DNA from: Saprolegnia diclina VS20
Lineage: Eukaryota
DNA: 36,781 bases
NCBI RefSeq assembly: GCF_000281045.1
Contig: NW_008246093.1
Span: 524,354-561,134, forward strand
Reading direction: 5' to 3'
Within the stretch, counting starts at the first letter, position 1. Every line of letters begins with the position of its first letter. Of the stretch, positions 31,360 to 36,781 are shown piece by piece. The notes under the pieces were generated by a model. It did no database searches. It worked only from the letters and a program-made list of their open reading frames with translations, and was not told where the DNA came from. A program made the position numbers and the translations under genes.

Positions 31360-31584
31360 ATGTCCAAGCGGCCAACTCTAGCGACGACGACGCCGTTGTC
31401 CGCGTCGATGGCTGCAAAGGACGCTGCGTTGCGTGGAGGGCATCCTGCGAGCGTCGTTTTCAAACGCCTGCCACTACCCGATGCAAAGCTCCCCGCATCG
31501 CCCAAGTTTCGAGGCTGTCACAACTGCCGTGAGCCATCCCACCGATCCATCGACTGCCCGCGTCTTGGCTTTGGGCCAAACTAG
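31360..31584 (+). CDS. CCHC zinc-knuckle microprotein, 74 aa
   Basis: KDAALRGG...KFRGCHNCREPSHRSIDCP; homologous to 35418-35711. Confidence 0.65.
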   Translation: MSKRPTLATTTPLSASMAAKDAALRGGHPASVVFKRLPLPDAKLPASPKFRGCHNCREPSHRSIDCPRLGFGPN

Positions 31585-31653
31585 CGGCGAAGAGCGACCT
31601 TACAGAGAGCGAAAGATGAGCACCCGCCAACTTGGCTTGATCGTTGCATGACC

Positions 31654-32479
31654 TTAGGACCCAAGAAGGCCACCAATAAGAAATATGAGAAACACAAACA
31701 GCGTGTCCACATCTACACAACATTGTGCCGAGATGGCCAAGACAGAACACCACGCGTACCTCGCGATGCGCCGGACAAAGCAAGTTGCCGGTAGTCGTCG
31801 TGCAGTGTGCACCGGTTGAACGACGGCAGCTGCTCGTTGGCGCCTACAGGACACTACATATCGCCCATCTTGTACGAGTGAGCTTACCAGGGACGCACCC
31901 CGTCGGTGCACTCTCGGCACAAGCAAACCGACTGCACACTTCGCTCAGAAAAAGAGCGTAGAGCGGCGTGAAGACACACGTGTCGGCGATATCGACGCAC
32001 ATGGAGCGACACGGCGGCAGCGGTGCGTTCGGACACGCATTGTTGGCTGCTGCCCACGAGAGGCAGTTGAATTTGTTGACCTAGATACAAGCAACCAATT
32101 CGAGTGACAATTATGTACACAGATGTACTGAGGCGCGGCAGGCGGGCGTGTCCTTAAACTGATACGCCGCGCCAAACACCCCGAGACGCGCGACAGACGC
32201 ATCTAAATCTTCGCACACGCCTTGCTTTTCGAGCTGCGACGTAGCGTTCCTAGCCATGTTGAGCAGCATAACGAGGCCACTAGCAAAGATGCCACTGGCA
32301 AGAGAGACGCACCGCGTGTACCCGACAATCGGGTCGGGCAAAGCGAGTCCGTTGAGCGTTGCGCAATGTTGAAGTTGCCAGCATGTCGTACACTGCGAGG
32401 CTACGTAGTCGCCAATGGCCGCAGCTGCGACAAGAGCGCTCGAGCTCCAAGAGGCCATGCATAAGTAGACCACCCGCAT
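31654..32479 (-). CDS. Secreted, probably GPI-anchored protein with a Frizzled-type cysteine-rich domain, 4 exons (~228 aa)
   Basis: Exons 32479-32129, 32080-31888, 31843-31760 and 31712-31654 are joined by 48/44/47-nt GT-AG introns with consistent phases. A fifth in-frame intron at 32250-32312 is possible. Signal peptide; DTPACRASVNKFNC...LPPCRSMCVDIADTC; ends SGASRDVDTLFVFLIFLIGGLLGS*. Confidence 0.8.
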
Positions 32480-32502
32480 CGTGTTGCTGGTGTCCTCGTA
32501 AC

Positions 32503-32586
32503 GGTCGACACGATACACTGGTTTGGAAAAACACTGTTTACGGTTACCGAGGTCGACACGATACACTGGTTTGGAAAACACTGTTT
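32503..32586. repeat. Tandem direct repeat, two ~36-bp copies (48-bp period)
   Basis: GGTCGACACGATACACTGGTTTGGAAAA(A)CACTGTTT at 32503 and 32551. Confidence 0.9.
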
Positions 32587-33004
32587 TATACACTGTTTCG
32601 AGGGCTCGACACTGGACATCGGTACTTGTGGAGGCGTATCATCTTGATATACCCTGTGCGAGACCACGACGGCTTCAAATTGCATTTGCAGAATATGCTC
32701 AAGCGAAATGGGTCATGGAGATGACATTGGTAGGAACCTCTGGGTACACCAGCCCACAGGCAATTTCTTTGTGAATTTACAATGTCGACCCTAAAAATAC
32801 AGACCGAGGTTGGGACGGGAGCTACGTGAACGCCCAAGCTAGGGTACGTCTTCTTCCCACTACACGTACAACGTCACATCGTGAAAGAGCGCGTTGTGGG
32901 TGCGTTCGTGATATATGAACACCACGTATTGGGCAGGTACAGTCAGGCCAGAGGTAACCTTGACCTGCTCGATAACGAAACGCTCTGCACATCCAAAACC
33001 GAAC

Positions 33005-34906
33005 ATGCCTCGCATCGCTGCGGTGGCGACTGCACCGCTAACGCGCGGACCGTCTCGGAATGCGGTGCCAACTAAGACACTGCATATGGGCCAAGGTGCT
33101 CTCTTGTCGAACCTCTGTCTGGCTCTGGCGACCGTCGTCGCCTTCTGCACATACAACCTCAACCAAATCGCCAACTCGGTCGTCTACCTTGGCTTCAACG
33201 CCCACATGTTTGACTCGTATCAGTGGAACGTACCCGTCTTCACGCTTCTCGAAGCCACGTCCTCGCTACGCCTCAACACGTCCCATATCGCAACCACCGG
33301 GACGATCTCGCTCAGCGACCTCTTATACAAGGCTTGTGGCATTCAAGATACCGCATGCGCCAATGCGTTTGCTCCAGAAGCCAACAAGATCTGGTACCAC
33401 GTTGGTCTTGCATTTCGCCAGATTCCAGATTTCGACACGCCGCGCTTTCAGGACGAAGCCGAAGACATTCGTTTCCAGCACGTCAACAGTCTCAGTGGCT
33501 GGAACAAGGCTCTGGTTCAATACTACATTCCCAACTACGAGACGGCCATCACATGCATGACACGACGAGCAAACAACTCGATCAACGGCAACACGAGCCG
33601 CGTAGACACACTAGCATTTTGCAGTCACCGGGCGTTCGACCCGAAATGGCGCTGCGAGAACGACGTGCCGCTCGACACACCCGTGTATGTGGTGCAGCTC
33701 CAGAAGGCGACCGCCATCTATATGGGATCACTACATATGCGAGACGTCTACCTCAATGGTGGAGCGACTGCTGTCATTCACAGCGATCAGTTTGGACATG
33801 TCTTACTCGGTCCTGTCCCTTCAGTCGAAGAGTACCAAGCTGGCATTGTGCAGGCTAGTACACCTTGGGACATTCTCTGTGCGTCGCGCTGCTACGACTA
33901 TAATCCAACAACGCGTCTCGGGTGGCTTTTGGAGTTGCAGGGCCGTGTCAGTCTCCGTTGGGAGAGTTCGTTTCTGATGCTCACGAACGCCATTTTTCTC
34001 TGGTGTGCGATTGCCTACTTTGCGATTCTCCAGTGGCTTTTTGCCAAACAGAGCCAAATCAGCCTCGTGGCCGTGTGTCTTTCCAAGAACATACTCGGCA
34101 TCTCAATTTTGTTTGTGACGTTTTGGGGCAACACCAACCTTCAGACGCTCACCACCTATTTTGCTCAAAACGACGTGCGGTCAACGCAAGCTCGTATCCT
34201 TCACCTCTGCGGCCCCGCCCAAGTGGCCTCGATTGTTGGCATCATGACGGGGCCGTTCATTCAGCTCTGCTTTACCCCCCGCGTCGTGACTCAAACGTGG
34301 TTGCTCACGCTCTTCTCGCTGCTCAACTTTTGTGTGATCTTTGCCTTGGAAGCACTCACGTTTCCTTATATGAATAAGAACGTTCCGGGACCATGCGGCT
34401 ACTCATCGTCGACCAACTGCATCCACTTGACAGCGATTCCGGTGACGTACTATCTCTCGGCGGTCATGGCAGCCGCCGTTGTTGTCGTGGCTGCCGTAAC
34501 CATTCATTTGCACGCGCGCTGGCTCCCCGAGTCAGTAGTCGTGCCGCCAACTCACTCGATGCTCGAGTACCTCAGTATTCAAGACCTTCGAGACTTTGCG
34601 ACGTCGGGCCGCGGCTGCGTCTCTCGTACTCATGATGGAGACATCGTCATCGACCATGGTATTCTGGTGATGAAAAACATGCTGCGGGTCACGAATACGT
34701 ACTTGACTCGGATCGGGAATGCGCAATATGGACTGCTCTTCTCCTGGTGTGTTCCTCGCGCCGGCCGTCGGTTCGTAGTCCACAAATTTCGGACCATTCT
34801 CGTTGTGCACATTGAGCAGAACACGATCACGCGTCGGTCGTACTACGTGCCGATGCACTGCGTCCACGTCGACGGCGACGAAATCCTCGCGTCTGGCATT
34901 TGTTAA
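33005..34906 (+). CDS. Uncharacterised multipass membrane protein (N-terminal TM, large Cys-containing ectodomain, ~5 further TMs), 633 aa
   Basis: Within ORF 32915-34906; start MPRI is shared with the paralog at 36447. Hydrophobic segments and several N-x-S/T sequons in the loop. Confidence 0.85.
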   Translation: MPRIAAVATAPLTRGPSRNAVPTKTLHMGQGALLSNLCLALATVVAFCTYNLNQIANSVVYLGFNAHMFDSYQWNVPVFTLLEATSSLRLNTSHIATTGTISLSDLLYKACGIQDTACANAFAPEANKIWYHVGLAFRQIPDFDTPRFQDEAEDIRFQHVNSLSGWNKALVQYYIPNYETAITCMTRRANNSINGNTSRVDTLAFCSHRAFDPKWRCENDVPLDTPVYVVQLQKATAIYMGSLHMRDVYLNGGATAVIHSDQFGHVLLGPVPSVEEYQAGIVQASTPWDILCASRCYDYNPTTRLGWLLELQGRVSLRWESSFLMLTNAIFLWCAIAYFAILQWLFAKQSQISLVAVCLSKNILGISILFVTFWGNTNLQTLTTYFAQNDVRSTQARILHLCGPAQVASIVGIMTGPFIQLCFTPRVVTQTWLLTLFSLLNFCVIFALEALTFPYMNKNVPGPCGYSSSTNCIHLTAIPVTYYLSAVMAAAVVVVAAVTIHLHARWLPESVVVPPTHSMLEYLSIQDLRDFATSGRGCVSRTHDGDIVIDHGILVMKNMLRVTNTYLTRIGNAQYGLLFSWCVPRAGRRFVVHKFRTILVVHIEQNTITRRSYYVPMHCVHVDGDEILASGIC

Positions 34907-35417
34907 TAACGTCATGTGCGATTACTTTGTGCTCGATGGGCTCGATTTTGGAGCACCGCTCGTGAAGCTACTGCATAGCGTGTAATGGAGGCACTTATGA
35001 TTCTGCAGAAGTACTGAGCGCTGCTTTCTTGTCGATGTGATTCAAGGCAAATAGCCCCGTATTCACGCTGGCACTCGACCGCTCGATAACAGCACAGGTG
35101 GGACGACGACCTTATGGTATTGCGGCCTTTGTGAGCCATTTGATTGGGTCCCTATTCGTGGAGCGTACCACAACGGGGTCGCGGTCCATCACCGATCAAG
35201 GCAATGGCCGTTGGCGCACAGCCGAACATAGCTTGATCCATTAACTTCAACAAGTAATTTCGAAGGCTTATCGGAGGTCGTGCCACGTCACAGATCGTGG
35301 AACATGAAACCACCATCTGGTCGAAGGTTTAGAGCCAAAGGTCTCGGCCGGCTCACATTGCATTTGTCGTCGAACGACACAGCACTTCGCAACTCGACAC
35401 GCCCAGACTAACCTAGC

Positions 35418-35711
35418 ATGCAGCAACCCGACACGACGTCCCTGCTTCGCCCCAAGACGTTTAGTGGTGTCATGTTTGCAGCCGTTTTGGCCAAGACAGC
35501 ACAAGACGACACGGCGCTTCGAGGGGGCATTTCGCTGTACGATCGACAGACGGCGTGGACGCACGCAACCGCGCGAGTTTTGTCCGTGGGCGAAACCCAC
35601 AGTGCGAACACAAAGGTGCCACGCTTTCATGGCTGCAACAACTGCCGCGAATTGTCGCATCGGTCTATAGACTGCCCAGCGTTAACGTCGCACAAGCGCG
35701 AATATAGTTGA
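35418..35711 (+). CDS. CCHC zinc-knuckle microprotein, 97 aa
   Basis: DDTALRGG...PRFHGCNNCRELSHRSIDCP. Confidence 0.68.
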   Translation: MQQPDTTSLLRPKTFSGVMFAAVLAKTAQDDTALRGGISLYDRQTAWTHATARVLSVGETHSANTKVPRFHGCNNCRELSHRSIDCPALTSHKREYS

Positions 35712-36446
35712 TGCCATTAGCTTGCCACGGCGTCGAGCAGAGTGTGGATGGTACGAATAATCCATAAGAACGAGCGCCACTTTGATATGTCTGTGGCGAA
35801 GAGTTCCACCGTCGTCGAAACAACTGTCGAGCTAGACAAAAATGACGCACGGTTGGCTTTGAGTCTGTCCATTGGCTGCCCACGTCATCACGACCACCAG
35901 CCTTGTGCAAGTACTATCAGTACCAGAAAGCTGACTCTCCAGCGTAGCAGGTGCAGCTTTTGCAAATCCAAAACGCGGGATTGAAAACGGGCCACATTCA
36001 TCGCATCAATCGGTCTATCACAACAACGGCGCATCGATGTCGGTCGGACGAGATTGCCATGAAGATGGAGCTCAGCACCTGCTCTGGACAACACCGTTTC
36101 AACAGCTTTGTGAATCGACGCCAAGCCCAAGCGAGCGACATTTCGATCCCATCAATCGACACAATCCGTCGACTTTTGAGGTGCTAACTTCAGCACACTG
36201 ATTTGAAATGAGTTGGGTCTGCGAATACAGCGCGAGTCTACTATAGTTCGGCAAAGCGAGCCACTTACTACTCTAGGTGCATCGCGCAGTCTCGACAGCT
36301 TTCCAACTCTCTACAGCGCCAACGACACGTGATCCATCCGATCCCAAGCACCAACAGGCGCGGTGAAACCAACGCTCAACATCGAACTCGTGAAACGTTA
36401 AGTCGACCAAAATACAACACACCGCCTTCGAAAGCGACCCCTTGCG

Positions 36447-36781
36447 ATGCCGCGCATCAACGTTGCGTCCGCGACGTCTTTGAAGCGCCAACGAACCCGA
36501 ATGCGCATGGGCCAAGGAGCTGTCTTGTCCAACCTCTGCCTCGCGCTTGCGACGATCGTGGCGTTCTGCACCTACAACCTCGAGCAAATCGCCAACATGG
36601 ACGTGTACATGGGGTTGGTTCACAACGCGTTCGACTCAAATCAGTTCAACGTACCCGTCTTCACACTTCTCGAAGGCGCCTCGACGCTGCGCCTCCAAGT
36701 CACGACCTCAGTCGCCCGCGGCTCGATCTCGTTAAGCCACCTCTTGTACCAAGCGTGTGGCATTCAAGACGAGGTGTGCGC
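36447..36781 (+). CDS. Paralog of the 33005 multipass membrane protein, 5' part (runs off the window)
   Basis: MPRINVAS...MGQGAVLSNLCLALATIVAFCTYNLEQIAN...NVPVFTLLE...SLSHLLYQACGIQDEVC aligns with the 33005 protein. Confidence 0.9.
   Translation, partial: MPRINVASATSLKRQRTRMRMGQGAVLSNLCLALATIVAFCTYNLEQIANMDVYMGLVHNAFDSNQFNVPVFTLLEGASTLRLQVTTSVARGSISLSHLLYQACGIQDEVC

Noticed and set aside
31685..31950. Apparent degenerate knuckle copy on the plus strand (HKQTDCTL)
   Set aside because: Fully explained as the antisense of the spliced CRD gene.
32503..32586. 36-bp repeats as a CRISPR array
   Set aside because: Only two copies, an 11-nt spacer, no cas genes, and the context is eukaryotic.
35787..35984. 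ORF ending RSRCSFCKSKTRD* as a fifth knuckle copy (similar hints at ~28600 and ~31010)
   Set aside because: Only CxxC or xxDC fragments, no His and no LRGG motif; cannot be told from chance by eye.

Overview
Gene-dense eukaryotic DNA, most consistent with a Saprolegniales-type oomycete. The evidence is 41-53 nt GT-AG introns, Inr/FPR-like core promoters and typical lineage-expanded gene families; the taxon is inferred, not proven. From left to right the window holds: (1) a tandem array of intronless bacterial-type RarD/EamA transporters (4 complete, 1 partial, probably another ending just after an assembly gap), built on a 6376-bp repeat; (2) a small EF-hand gene, a DOMON-ferric reductase and a PLAC8 gene; (3) an ankyrin-repeat gene and its pseudogene; (4) a housekeeping block with a secreted TPR-like protein, a mitochondrial carrier, a MAPR cytochrome b5, a LisH-cystathionine beta-lyase fusion and a helical-repeat protein; (5) a distal module with four small CCHC zinc-knuckle ORFs sharing a DxxLRGG-like motif, a spliced GPI-anchored Frizzled-CRD-like gene that the ORF track does not show as one piece, and two paralogous uncharacterised multipass membrane genes. 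There are two N gaps (8945-9520, 18199-18298). No rRNA, tRNA, CRISPR or intact transposase was recognised. All family calls come from motif recognition by eye, not database searches.
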